Position numbers and translations under genes: made by a program. A stretch of 63,181 nt of DNA, the filler included, from Octopus bimaculoides (lineage: Eukaryota), in assembly GCF_001194135.2 (NCBI RefSeq). It is 3 parts of 3 records of this genome, joined end to end, with 100 filler letters (N's around TTAATTAATTAA, not from the genome) between each part and the next. Parts side by side here need not be neighbours in the genome. Positions count along the whole stretch, not along the records: positions 1 to 21,995 come from NC_068983.1; positions 22,096 to 37,879 come from NC_069006.1; 1 more part is not named here. One strand, given 5' to 3'. This document shows positions 13,584 to 26,223 of the stretch, piece by piece (position 1 is the first letter of the stretch; each line of letters begins with the position of its first letter). Under the pieces are notes generated by a model, which saw only the letters and a program-made list of their open reading frames with translations, had not been told where the DNA came from and did not search any database.

Positions 13584-13825
13584 TTTGAGCTGGCAGAATC
13601 ATTAGCACGCCGGACAAAATGCTTAGTGGCATTTCATCCGTCTTTTCGTTCTGTACTGAAATTCTGTCGTGGTCAACTTTGCCTTTCATCATTTCGGAGT
13701 CAATGAAATAAGCACTAGTTGACTACTAGGGTGGATGAAATAAGTACCAGTTGAGCACAGAGGTTGATGCAATCGTTTGGCCTTCTCCCCCAAAATTTCA
13801 GGCCTTATGTCCATAGTAAAAAGGA
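13584..13825 (+). mobile_element. SINE family A
   Basis: Head, core and duplicated aataagtaccagttga. Confidence 0.75.
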
Positions 13826-13845
13826 CCATTATTGTTGTTATTGCA

Positions 13846-13937
<92 letters not shown>

Positions 13938-14407
13938 GGAAAGCTATCTCCACTCGCAAATTCTTTATATATTTTAAGCGACACAGTCACTGATCTTGTA
14001 TCGAGATAAACAACACGTTTTTATATCCTTGAGCAAGGGAAATACAATAACAGTACCGAATAGTAATGTTTATATGCCACCATAACGAATATATAGTATT
14101 AGCGAGTGCATATAGCTTTCGTCACTAGCTGGTGGTTGATTCACACTGAGGACAGATAATATCCAGAAACTTAAGTCTGTGAGTATCGCATAAGGTTAGA
14201 GATGAGAGCGATGACTTCCCTCGCAAATGCTATATCCGGACACAGACTGTGTGTCGATAGCCAGCTGGAAAAGATGTTTTCCTGGGGCTAAAACGACAGT
14301 AACATCGTCCTTTATAGGACTACCACGTTATGTTGGCATATAAACATTACAATTCGGTACTGTTACTGTATTTCTCTCGCTCAGAGATGTACATACATAC
14401 ATATACA

Positions 14408-14496
<89 letters not shown>

Positions 14497-14964
14497 ATGT
14501 GTTTGTGGAGTTGCTAGCTAACTCCTCCTACATCGTTTTATCGATTTTGATGAAACTTGACACGTAAGTAGATCTCATGTCTGGAGACCTTATGGCATAC
14601 TCAGATTGTGGAAAAAAATTGATAATCGATAGTATATATGATGTGTGAACTTCCTCTTTCATATATTAACCATTAGCACGTGTGTTTGAAAAGGATCGAA
14701 AGCGCTCACACGCTCTAGGAAAAAAACTTCTTTCAAAAAGGTTAGTAACATCCTGATGAAAGATTCTATAACTTTTAAAAAAAATATATATATATTCTTT
14801 ATCCGAGTACATATTATACATGGTTATAAATGCGCAAAACAAGAGAACGCACATACCTAATTGTATTTTCTAAGTCACAATTACATACGTAATATCTACA
14901 ACCAGTAAGTAGAACCACATTAAAATGCATACAATTTATACCATCATATATATGTGACTGGAGA

Positions 14965-15590
14965 TATGATCTCAGCTGATGAACCTGATGAGAGGTTCGA
15001 CATCATCAACTTTTTAATCCCTAATTCACCCAAGTTCTGCTAAACGCTTTCAAAGATTTAAATCTGGATATTTACATCAAATAGCGTCTGGATGGATTAC
15101 TTTTCAATCTGCGTCTTTACCTTGTGGTACACACAAACACCCCCTTCGGAAACTTATCATAGCGCTCTTTGCAGACTACTTTACAGACTACTTTGCATTC
15201 AAGGCATGCCAAGAAAACCGTCTTCAAAATATAGTTAACACATTCTACGCTGCATCCAGATTATTTGGCTTGACAATCAGCCTCAGTAAAACGAAGGTTC
15301 TCTCCTTCATCCTGCACCTAACAATACCCAACTACGGCCATGCATTGCCATCGATAACACACAACTCACAGAACTGACTGGACTAGGTGGTACAATATAT
15401 ACTGCAAGGCAGGCAAACAACTTCCGTAACTAACTTGCGTAAGCTGCGCCTCATGGCAAGACAAAAGAAACGTAAAAAGGCGCACGCTCCTATTTCAACA
15501 AACTATGAGCCTTGTCAGACCTACAGCCGCATTTGTGTATCTGTCTTCGGCCTAAGACGTCACGAACGTCGTTAAATATTAACCAAGTAA
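14965..15590 (+). mobile_element. RTE-clade LINE relic (RT domain and C-terminus, internally deleted)
   Basis: DGLLFNLR, ALFADY, RLQNIVNTFYAASRLFGLTISLSKTKVL, C-terminal CQTYSRICVSVFGLRRHERR* (decayed zinc-finger-like end of RTE ORFs). Confidence 0.75.
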
Positions 15591-15645
15591 CATTTTTCTC
15601 AAAATCGAGAGGTTCCAAGGAAGGAGGGCTACATACATACATACA

Positions 15646-15707
<62 letters not shown>

Positions 15708-16439
15708 NNNNNNNNNNNNNNNNNNNNNNNNNNNNNNNNNNNNNNNNNNNNNNNNNNNNNNNNNNNNNNNNNNNNNNNNNNNNNNNNNNNNNNNNNNNNN
15801 NNNNNNNNNNNNNNNNNNNNNNNNNNNNNNNNNNNNNNNNNNNNNNNNNNNNNNNNNNNNNNNNNNNNNNNNNNNNNNNNNNNNNNNNNNNNNNNNNNNN
15901 NNNNNNNNNNNNNNNNNNNNNNNNNNNNNNNNNNNNNNNNNNNNNNNNNNNNNNNNNNNNNNNNNNNNNNNNNNNNNNNNNNNNNNNNNNNNNNNNNNNN
16001 NNNNNNNNNNNNNNNNNNNNNNNNNNNNNNNNNNNNNNNNNNNNNNNNNNNNNNNNNNNNNNNNNNNNNNNNNNNNNNNNNNNNNNNNNNNNNNNNNNNN
16101 NNNNNNNNNNNNNNNNNNNNNNNNNNNNNNNATATATATATATATATATATATAATTATAGGGAAAAGAACCAAGGTTCATGAACTCATCGATGAAAATC
16201 CACTGTCACATATAGAAAAATTAATAAGTAAAAGCACAATAAATAAGTATAATATAATACAAAGTAAATATCATAAGATAAATATATATATATATATACA
16301 TACATACATATATATAACGGCGTACGTACGCACTTGTATGTATCTAAATTTTGTACGACTCTTACCCTATCTTTCTGCCCCCTCTCACTTTCTTCCTTTT
16401 TTCTTCTTCTCGTTCCTCCCTCTCTCACATTCTCTGGCC

Positions 16440-17145
16440 CCCTCTTTAATTTCCACTAGTTCCCACTCGTTTATCTCTCCTGTACCTTTCTCTTTGTCTT
16501 TGATTTGTTTCTAATCCTTCAATCCCGCTGCCCCCTAACCATCTCTCCTCCTTCCATGTGGCCGGTGTCCGGCCAGCCATGGTCTTTGTTTCTTGGCCTG
16601 ACTGCCGACTGCCAACACCTCTTATGTCCATCTCCTATATTCCTGCCTTTAGGCTTTCACTTTATACACGGCAACTCAATTTGATTCGTTCTCAGTCGAA
16701 AGATACCTGTTGTTATTTCTTGTTGCTTGTATACGTAATTGTATACCATGTTCGTCGTTTTCTTGTCTTTGTTACCGTACACATTCGCTAGCTTTCTAAC
16801 AAAGGGGTTTAATGCTCTTAGCTTAGACTTTTGGGGGGCAACCAGATCGAACCATTTCAAGTGTAAATGCCCGAAATGGTCGTGACGTCTGGTGCTTGAC
16901 TGAAGAAAGAAGGCCATGAATGACCCGTCTTCTTTTGCCTGTCCTTCTAATTGTTGTTTCTCTTGTCCACCTCTGTATCGTCTATTTGTCCGAATGTTTT
17001 ATTGTCCTCTATTGCGTTTTTGTTCTTGAAGAGCGTAGGCTCGAAACGTTAAAGACTTTCTCTATTCCCGAGCGTTATACTAATACATCCATTTGTTGTT
17101 TACACCACCTGTCTTCGTCTGTTGTTTTTTCGTGAATTCTCCTAT
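16440..17145. mobile_element. Longer copy of the hammerhead-like-motif repeat family (non-autonomous, probably Penelope-related)
   Basis: Terminal ~115 bp (gaagagcgtaggctcgaaacgttaaagac...gtgaattctcc-tatata) closely matches 30642-30755; ends in (TA)n. Left boundary uncertain. Confidence 0.55.
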
Positions 17146-18149
17146 ATATATATACATATATAAGTATAATAGATACAATAGAAAAGGTTCAAATCAGGCA
17201 GACTACGATTAACNNNNNNNNNNNNNNNNNNNNNNNNNNNNNNNNNNNNNNNNNNNNNNNNNNNNNNNNNNNNNNNNNNNNNNNNNNNNNNNNNNNNNNN
17301 NNNNNNNNNNNNNNNNNNNNNNNNNNNNNNNNNNNNNNNNNNNNNNNNNNNNNNNNNNNNNNNNNNNNNNNNNNNNNNNNNNNNNNNNNNNNNNNNNNNN
17401 NNNNNNNNNNNNNNNNNNNNNNNNNNNNNNNNNNNNNNNNNNNNNNNNNNNNNNNNNNNNNNNNNNNNNNNNNNNNNNNNNNNNNNNNNNNNNNNNNNNN
17501 NNNNNNNNNNNNNNNNNNNNNNNNNNNNNNNNNNNNNNNNNNNNNNNNNNNNNNNNNNNNNNNNNNNNNNNNNNNNNNNNNNNNNNNNNNNNNNNNNNNN
17601 NNNNNNNNNNNNNNNNNNNNNNNNNNNNNNNNNNNNNNNNNNNNNNNNNNNNNNNNNNNNNNNNNNNNNNNNNNNNNNNNNNNNNNNNNNNNNNNNNNNN
17701 NNNNNNNNNNNNNNNNNNNNNNNNNNNNNNNNNNNNNNNNNNNNNNNNNNNNNNNNNNNNNNNNNNNNNNNNNATATATATATATATATATATATACATA
17801 TATAAGTATAATAGATACAATAGAAAAGGTTCAAATCAGGCAGACTACGATTAACAGACATATATATACGGGTTCAATTAGAATAAAATAAGAATTGTCC
17901 AATCTGAAACACATACTGATATATTAGAAATATAAAAATATAGAAATATAAAAATATAGAAATATAAAAATATATGAATACTAAAAATATTCATGGACAT
18001 ATAGATATATAGATATGTAAACATGATAATAATATAATATAGATGGAAATAATAATGGAATATAGAAAAAAAGATGCTTTTTTTAAAATTAAAAATATAA
18101 TGTAGAGAAAGTAATAGGCATTAAAAAGAGTTTTGGGTAACATGTTAGA

Positions 18150-18620
18150 GGAAAATAAGGTGTTCCAACGATTAATATTTAATTCCCTGTGAAGACTGAA
18201 ATTCATGTCATGACGCAAACACTTACATTGGATACACAAATCGACTTTTTCCCTCAGTTAACCATTCACTTACAACAAAGAACCATCGTAATTCATTATA
18301 AAACTACACCAAATGAAATTAGATACAAAATCATTGGTAGATCATAGAATTCCACAAAAAAAAGAAAAAAAATTACGATAGCTAAGAGCAGTTTCATTAC
18401 TAGCACGATACAAACCAAACATCAACACACAGATACAGCACAAGCAAAATAAAACATGGACAGTACAAGGACTTGAGTGATTAATAATTTTTAAATATGG
18501 CGTTGATGGTTGTTGTTAACTATTTCAATATTCCTTTGATATTTTGTTAATATCATTTTATGCTGATGATGAAGCCGAGAAGGTTTCAAAATGTTAATTT
18601 ACTAATGGATTTAAGAATTC
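18150..18620 (+). mobile_element. Degenerate Penelope-like GIY-YIG relic followed by a decayed hammerhead motif
   Basis: YLIPCED*NSCHDANTYIGYTNR, QLTIHLQQ, KPNINTQ across frameshifts; CTGATGAT-gaagcc-gagaa-ggtttc-aaaatgtt at 18563-18595. Confidence 0.55.
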
Positions 18621-19103
18621 CATTGTTCTGAATGAAATATCACGGAAATATGGGTAAAGAAATCCTGATAACAATTCTTAATCTCGGACATACCAGTATC
18701 TTTAGTATAACGTCTATGAGAATAAAGCAGTTCCCTATTTCAGCATATGCATACATACGCGCGCAAACACACACACACTCATATACACATACAAGCATAC
18801 ACACACACACATGCGTATATGTGTGTGTGTGAGTGTATGTGTGCGTGCGTGCGTGTGTGTATGTATGTATGTATACATACAGACATATCTATATAGATGT
18901 ACAGTCCGATGAAGTCTAGCATGCTGAATCTCTGGAGTCACTGTCATCACTCTTATTGCAAAAGTATAAACACACTTTCTACAAAAGATATTGAGTCATC
19001 TTTCAGTTTAATATCAGATTATTTTTTATTATAGTTCAGCATACAAACAAACATCAATACATGTGTGTGTGTGTGTGTGTGTGTGTAATCTGTAGTATCC
19101 ATG

Positions 19104-19178
19104 GATATCGGGTGGTTCATAGTTCATGCGTTCATTGCCTGATGAAATGAACGCATGAGCTATGATCCACCCTATGTC
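19104..19178 (+). ncRNA. Candidate pre-miRNA-like hairpin
   Basis: 27-bp upper stem (one U-U, one G-U), a C-U mismatch, then 5 more bp; 9-nt loop; unique sequence between microsatellites. Confidence 0.4.
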
Positions 19179-19391
19179 GAAGAATACTATGGATTGTACA
19201 ATAATCATCCCAGGAATACAGACTATATATANNNNNNNNNNNNNNNNNNNNNNNNNNNNNNNNNNNNNNNNNNNNNNNNNNNNNNNNNNNNNNNNNNNNN
19301 NNNNNNNNNNNNNNNNNNNNNNNNNNNNNNNNNNNNNNNNNNNNNNNNNNNNNNNNNNNNNNNNNNNNNNNNNNNNNNNNNNNNNNNNNNN

Positions 19392-19473
<82 letters not shown>

Positions 19474-20845
19474 TGTATGTATATGTATGTACCTATTTTT
19501 GAATTGTATAAATATGCATATACATGTACACACTCACGAACACTTGCGCACATATTCCAAAGTATGTACATATGTAGGTCTGTGCATGCGTACAATGTCT
19601 ATTCAAGATCGTACATTCGTTCATCATGAATGAAGCGAAAGTTACTAAACATTTAATTGGGATAGATGCTTGTACAGCATTTCTAAGTACCAGCTGTACG
19701 TGATTGCAATCATCTGAGCTATCACTATAATTAATGATACTGTCTAAATGACCATATTTATAATCCAGAAGAAATTTTATTGATTGAACAGGTCGCTGTT
19801 TGTTCGTTTTCTTAAGCAGTTATCAATCAAAATATTAGCCACGTTGAATATATACTACGTGAAATTTAAGTCGGTAGTTAGAAGGAATGTGTGTGTGTGT
19901 TTGTGTGAATGTGTGTGTATGTGTGTAAGCGGGAGAGGGAGAGAGAGAGAGAGAGAGAGAGTGAGAGAATGAGAGAGAGAGAGAAGAGAAGAGATAGATG
20001 TATAAGGAGAAAAAGAAGTGAAGAGAGTTAGAGAGAGTAAAGAGAGAAAATATATAGATCAAGGTAGAGGCCAACGGATGTTAGAAAGTGCGTGCACGAG
20101 AGAGATGGAGGGAGAGAGGCAGAGAAAAATGGGGTGAAAAGAAAGGCTAGAGGTATAAGGAGGAAGGGAGAGAAAGGGAGAGACTTAGAGAGATATACAG
20201 AGAAAGAGAGAAAATAAGTAAATTAAGATGGAGGATTATGGATGATAGAAAACGTGGACGAAAGAGAGAGAGTGGGGAGAGAGAGAGGGAGAGAAAGAAA
20301 GGAAAGCGTAGACATAAAGAGAAAGAAGGAGAGAGTGTGGGGGAGAGTGAGAGGAAGTGAGGCTGAGTGAGAGAGAGAGAGAGGGAGGTAAGGAGAGAGA
20401 GACAATAGAGAAAGGAAAATAATGAGAGAGATATAATTTCACACTACAGCATTAGTGGCCCAAACACAACACTACTTCATTTTCCAACACATGATATAAA
20501 TGTGCAGACACATACATAGACACATTGACAGACTTATAAACACACGTACGTACATACATACATACATACGTACATACATATATACATACATACTTACGTA
20601 CATACATACATACATACATATGTATTGGCAAACATAATGCATTGACATCCACACAGAAATATACATATGCATTCATCTTATATAGCAACATACACGTACA
20701 TGCGGTATATAGGTATGTGTGTATGAAGGCATATATATACATGTATATTTATATAAGCATGTATGTGTGTGTATACTTACAGATATGTATGTATGGAAAT
20801 ATGAATTTATATATGTATGTGTATGCTATATAAATATGCATATAC

Positions 20846-20903
<58 letters not shown>

Positions 20904-21238
20904 NNNNNNNNNNNNNNNNNNNNNNNNNNNNNNNNNNNNNNNNNNNNNNNNNNNNNNNNNNNNNNNNNNNNNNNNNNNNNNNNNNNNNNNNNNNNNNNNN
21001 NNNNNNNNNNNNNNNNNNNNNNNNNNNNNNNNNNNNNNNNNNNNNNNNNNNNNNNNNNNNNNNNNNNNNNNNNNNNNNNNNNNNNNNNNNNNNNNNNNNN
21101 NNNNNNNNNNNNNNNNNNNNNNNNNNNNNNNNNNNNNNNNNNNNNNNNNNNNNNNNNNNNNNNNNNNNNNNNNNNNNNNNNNNNNNNNNNNNNNNNNNNN
21201 NNNNNNNNNNNNNNNNNNNNNNNNNNNNNNNNNNNNNN

Positions 21239-21305
<67 letters not shown>

Positions 21306-22039
21306 ATATATAAATATTTTATATATTTGGACATACAATGATATGCACATACATATATCTTCGCCTCCCCACTCCCTACCTCTCTCTATATATATATACA
21401 TAGATATGTATGTATGTATGCATGTATGTATACAAACACACACACATATATTTATAGACGCACACACACAGGTATTTAGATATCTTTACGTTCATACATA
21501 TTTATGTATGTAAGCATATAGCATGTAAGTAAGTATAAAAGTATAAATACACACAAGTTTACATATATTACTTTGTCGGATGATCTATATACGTATGAAA
21601 GATATTTACATAACACTTGCATCTTTGCATATATACAAATTAATTTATAGACAAATAAACACAAATGCTTAAACATACACTACACAGCCAGAGCTAAAAC
21701 TAAGAGTTCAAATGAAGCTTGATAAATGAAGTTATCTCACTGCTTATTCTCAAAGGAGTGAATCTAATGAAGCTTTAAATCATACTACTCAACATTACAA
21801 TGGTTAGGTTAGGAATGTACTAGAGACAGGAGAGGTATATATATTTGCGGGTATATACGTTATTACTTTACTTACATACATGCATAGATAGATACGTACA
21901 TGCTTACATATATACATACATACCTTCATGCGCACATGCATACATACATATATGTATAGATATATGCGTGATTGTATATATATATATATATATATNNNNN
22001 NNNNNNNNNNNNNNNNNNNNNNNNNNNNNNNNNNNNNNN

Positions 22040-22051
22040 TTAATTAATTAA
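22040..22051. other. Artificial scaffold-joining linker TTAATTAATTAA flanked by 44 N each side
   Basis: N 21996-22039, palindromic six-frame-stop 12-mer, N 22052-22095; exactly 100 positions. Confidence 0.9.
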
Positions 22052-22095
22052 NNNNNNNNNNNNNNNNNNNNNNNNNNNNNNNNNNNNNNNNNNNN

Positions 22096-22590
22096 TCAAA
22101 TATATAGATGGGGACACCCACATAAGATTTAAGAGTGGATTCTCATTCAATGTAAATGCAAATATGAACTGCAAGACACAAAATCTCATATACTGCATTA
22201 CTTGCTCCAAATGCAAGAAGAATTATATTGAGGAAATCAATAATTTCCTTTGCCAATGCGCAAGAATCCACAGACAACACGTCCAGCAAGAGGAACTATG
22301 GAAAATTCCACTGAGAAAACATTTGAAAATAAGTGGAGAAGGAAAATTCAAGATCTTCCCCTTCTATAAATGCTCAAGGAATGACCCAAACTTCCAAAAG
22401 ACAATGGAACTATATTTCATAAATAAGTTCTCACCAAAACTAAACGGTTGAAAAAACGGAAAAAGCAAACATTTGGAAATATGTGGAGAAGGAAAATTCA
22501 AGGAACAACCCAAAGTTTCGAAAGACAATGGAACTGTATTTCATAAAAAAAAGTCCCCAACAAAAATTAAATGGTTGAGAAAACTACATC
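22096..22590 (+). mobile_element. Penelope-like element relic, GIY-YIG endonuclease region, with partial tandem duplication of its C-terminus
   Basis: MNCKTQNLIYCITCSKCKKNYIEE...RIHRQH...KIFPFYK...MELYFINKFSPKLN*; 22471-22590 repeats the GEGKFK...MELYFI..KLNG segment with deletion and frameshift. Confidence 0.8.
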
Positions 22591-23886
22591 GATATACAGG
22601 GATTCTCCATCAAATCAAATGGAATAAGTCCAGGATACAACAACACCATACCAAGATACTATACCTAACCGACATTCCTGGAATATATGATTGGGAAAAA
22701 GTAATGCGAATACTAAAATACCCAGGTTTGGCCCCCTCCAAACTTAACCTGTATGAACCCAATCATCACTGGGAGAAGATATATTTCCATGGACATTCTA
22801 ACTCCGTGCCACCACCCCCATTCACCTTATATTTATGATTCTCATGATTTGTAGAACTTGATCCTTGATTTAGATTGTATTTATAGTTGTGAGTATATTC
22901 ACTTAAGAAAGGTATATTTTTATCAGATCATACTTATGTTTTTTTTTAAAGAAATTCAGATTATATTTATAATTGAGAAACACTTTCCCACACTTGAACG
23001 TTTTTGTTTTAAAATCATTTTAAATTGTATTTAAAATTATAACTATACTTACTCAAAAATCATTCTTTCAAAAACAAGATCTGGAATTTTAATAAAAAAA
23101 GAAGTTGACCACATCCATACAACCACTTTCTTCCCCTTACATTAATGAATACAAAAGAATTGATAAACATTCTTCTTTCTTTTTTTCCTTGCCTTTGTAA
23201 CCCCTTCCCCCCCCCAAAAAAAACAAGAATACAATCCCAAAACATANNNNNNNNNNNNNNNNNNNNNNNNNNNNNNNNNNNNNNNNNNNNNNNNNNNNNN
23301 NNNTCTTTATCTTCACTACCTCCCACTCTCTCCTCTCTCACCCCTGCACCTTCCTTCCTTTCTAATTTATTCCTTCCTTCCTCTCTCTCTCTCTCTCTCT
23401 CTCCCTTCTAAAACATCATCCGTTTCAATTTTATATAAAAAGGCAAAGTAAACTTACTGTAAACCTCTTTTTTTGATAAATCCAATGACTAAAGGAAGCA
23501 CTAAAAATGTAAATAAAAATATATATAATCATCCAACATTCTGAATACCTTGTTATTCTCAATATACAATATCTGTATATCACTTCAAAAACTCTTTACA
23601 TATATGTATGTATGTATGTATGCATGCCTGCCTGCCAGTCTGTCTGTCTGTCTATAATGTAATAATGTTGATCTGTCTAACTGACAGTTTAATTTAGCAT
23701 TTGTAAGTTCTAGCGTAGTTTTTGAGTGTTTGTTGTGAATATGATATAAGGTTAAATTGTGAAATTATATATACAAAAAAACATTTAAAAAATATTTATA
23801 TTTATCAATGTATACCTATGTGTACATGCACACATAGAACCATATGTTAAATGTTTGATCTTTGTCTTCATCTGGTTGGATTTTAG

Positions 23887-24391
23887 GTGTGTTTGATTGC
23901 TGACAGCACCAGCTCACTACTGGCATATGACGCCCTCTGTCGAACATCAGTCAAGGAACAGCGCAACAGTTGTAGATATGGCAGTCATGCCAGTATATAT
24001 GACGGAACAGACGGAATCGACGGCCGTCATTCACAAACATACAGTGAATACCAAGGTAGTCCCGATAGCACCTCATATCCCCACGACAACGGAACACCGT
24101 CTCCCATTAGCAATGATGTTTTCACTCATGACATCGACACCGCTGCAGCTGCCAGTGGTGTCAGTGGTAAACCCTGCCAGCAGAACACCAGCGGTAGTCG
24201 AACGTTCTCGCAGCATCTGTCAGTGCAAGGTACACAGATGAGCAGCAGCAGTAGTTCACACACAACTCAGCGGACGAGCAGTAGTAGTCACTGTGAAGCA
24301 AACCAGAATGCCATTCGTTTAGGATTTGAAGTCTCAGAATTCTTCATGTTTGGAGCACCACTTGGACTTGTTTTGGCTTATAGAAGGAACG
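23887..24391 (+). CDS. PITPNM: PITPNM exon A (VCLIADS...[13 protein letters not shown]), phase 0 to 1
   Basis: ttttag|GTGTGT acceptor and AACG|gtaagt donor; 505 nt; includes a Ser/Thr-rich linker and the start of the DDHD region. Confidence 0.92.
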
Positions 24392-24980
24392 GTAAGTTGG
24401 CTCGAGCCGTGATTAACTGACCTATTCTATCTTAAGCGCTTATAACTCAAAGAATTCTATATTTTAACTTTTACTTGTTTCAATCACTAGACTGTGGCCA
24501 TGCTGGGGCACCACCTTGAGAAATTTTAGTCAAACTGATCAATCTCAGTACTTATTTTCAAGTCTGGTACTTACTTTATTGGTCTCTTTTGCTGAACCGC
24601 TAAGTTACAGGGATGTAAATGTGCCAACACCAGTTGTCTTCTATTGAAGAAGACACTTGCCCAAGGCACTACACACTGGGACTGAACCTGGAACCACACC
24701 TGCACTTATCTTAAGCTTTGGCCTTCAGGTTACTCTGTCAAATGCAATGCTTGTATGTTTTCACATTGTTTTGAATTAACCATCTCCTGGCTGGTGTCAT
24801 CAAGTACAGGCGCAGGAGTGGCTGTGTGTGGTAAATAGCTTGCTTACCAACCATGTGGTTCCAGGTCCATTCCTACTGTGTGGCACCTTGGGCAAGCGTC
24901 TTCTACTATAGCCTCGGGCCGACCCAAAGCCTTGTGAGTGGATTTGGTAGAAGAAAACTGAAAGAAGCTCCTCGTATATA

Positions 24981-25013
<33 letters not shown>

Positions 25014-26171
25014 GCATGTTTGTGTGTCTGTGTTTGTCCCCCTCAACATCACTTGACAACCGATGGTGTGTTTATGTCCCCGTAATTTAGCGGTTCAGCA
25101 AAAAGAGACCGATAGAATAAGTACTAGGCTTACAAAGAATAAGTCCTGGGGTCGATTTGCTCGACTAAAGGCGGTGCTCCAGCATGGCCGCAGTCAAATG
25201 ACTGAAACAAGTTAAAGAGTAAAAGAATATCAGTAGTAAGAAATTGAAAGAAGAAAATAATAAGAAATTATGTTGTGAACTTCTTTAGCCCTTCATGGCA
25301 CTCTTTTTAAAGCTCAAGCAAAACTACAGGGTGACACTCAAGCACTCAACTAGGAGTGCACTACATCTTATAGCACATACCCACACAAGCACACATATCC
25401 TGCTGTGTCTGTTTGTCATTGTTGTTATTGTAACATTGCTGATACTGTTGTTGTTGTTGTTGTTCTTACCACAGTACCACCAGTCCGACCCACCTGCAAC
25501 CAACTGTACAATCTATTCCACTCCCATGATCCCTCAGCTGTCCGACTGGAACCTCTCGTACATGACAACTTCAAGTTTATTTCACCAATCAAGATACCTC
25601 GACACAGCAAATTCCCCCTTGGTCTCGCGGAACCTGTACATGTAGGTACGTATACATAGCATATATATATATAATATAGATATCCTCCTCTTTCTTGTTN
25701 NNNNNNNNNNNNNNNNNNNNNNNNNNNNNNNNNNNNNNNNNNNNNNNNNNNNNNNNNNNNNNNNNNNNNNNNNNNNNNNNNNNNNNNNNNNNNNNNNNNN
25801 NNNNNNNNNNNNNNNNNNNNNNNNNNNNNNNNNNNNNNNNNNNNNNNNNNNNNNNNNNNNNNNNNNNNNNNNNNNNNNNNNNNNNNNNNNNNNNNNNNNN
25901 NNNNNNNNNNNNNNNNNNNNNNNNNNNNNNNNNNNNNNNNNNNNNNNNNNNNNNNNNNNNNNNNNNNNNNNNNNNNNNNNNNNNNNNNNNNNNNNCATGT
26001 TAAAATTGCATACTTTATTCCTACATATGTTTCAAAGGATTACAACCTGTGTGATCCATAGGGATCAAAGATCAAAGATCCCTATGGATCACACAGGTTG
26101 TAATCCTTTGAAACATATGTAGGAATAAAGTATGCAATTTTAACATACGTTTTCTCCATTCCTTAAATTCT

Positions 26172-26223
<52 letters not shown>

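Noticed and set aside
14975-15000. Tandem CTGATGA words suggesting a hammerhead
   Set aside because: No GAAA..UH half; reads as part of the RTE RT frame (DEPDERFDIIN).
17142-17860. About 70-bp sequence repeated on both sides of a 560-N gap
   Set aside because: Cannot distinguish a collapsed tandem array from an assembly overlap; no independent support.
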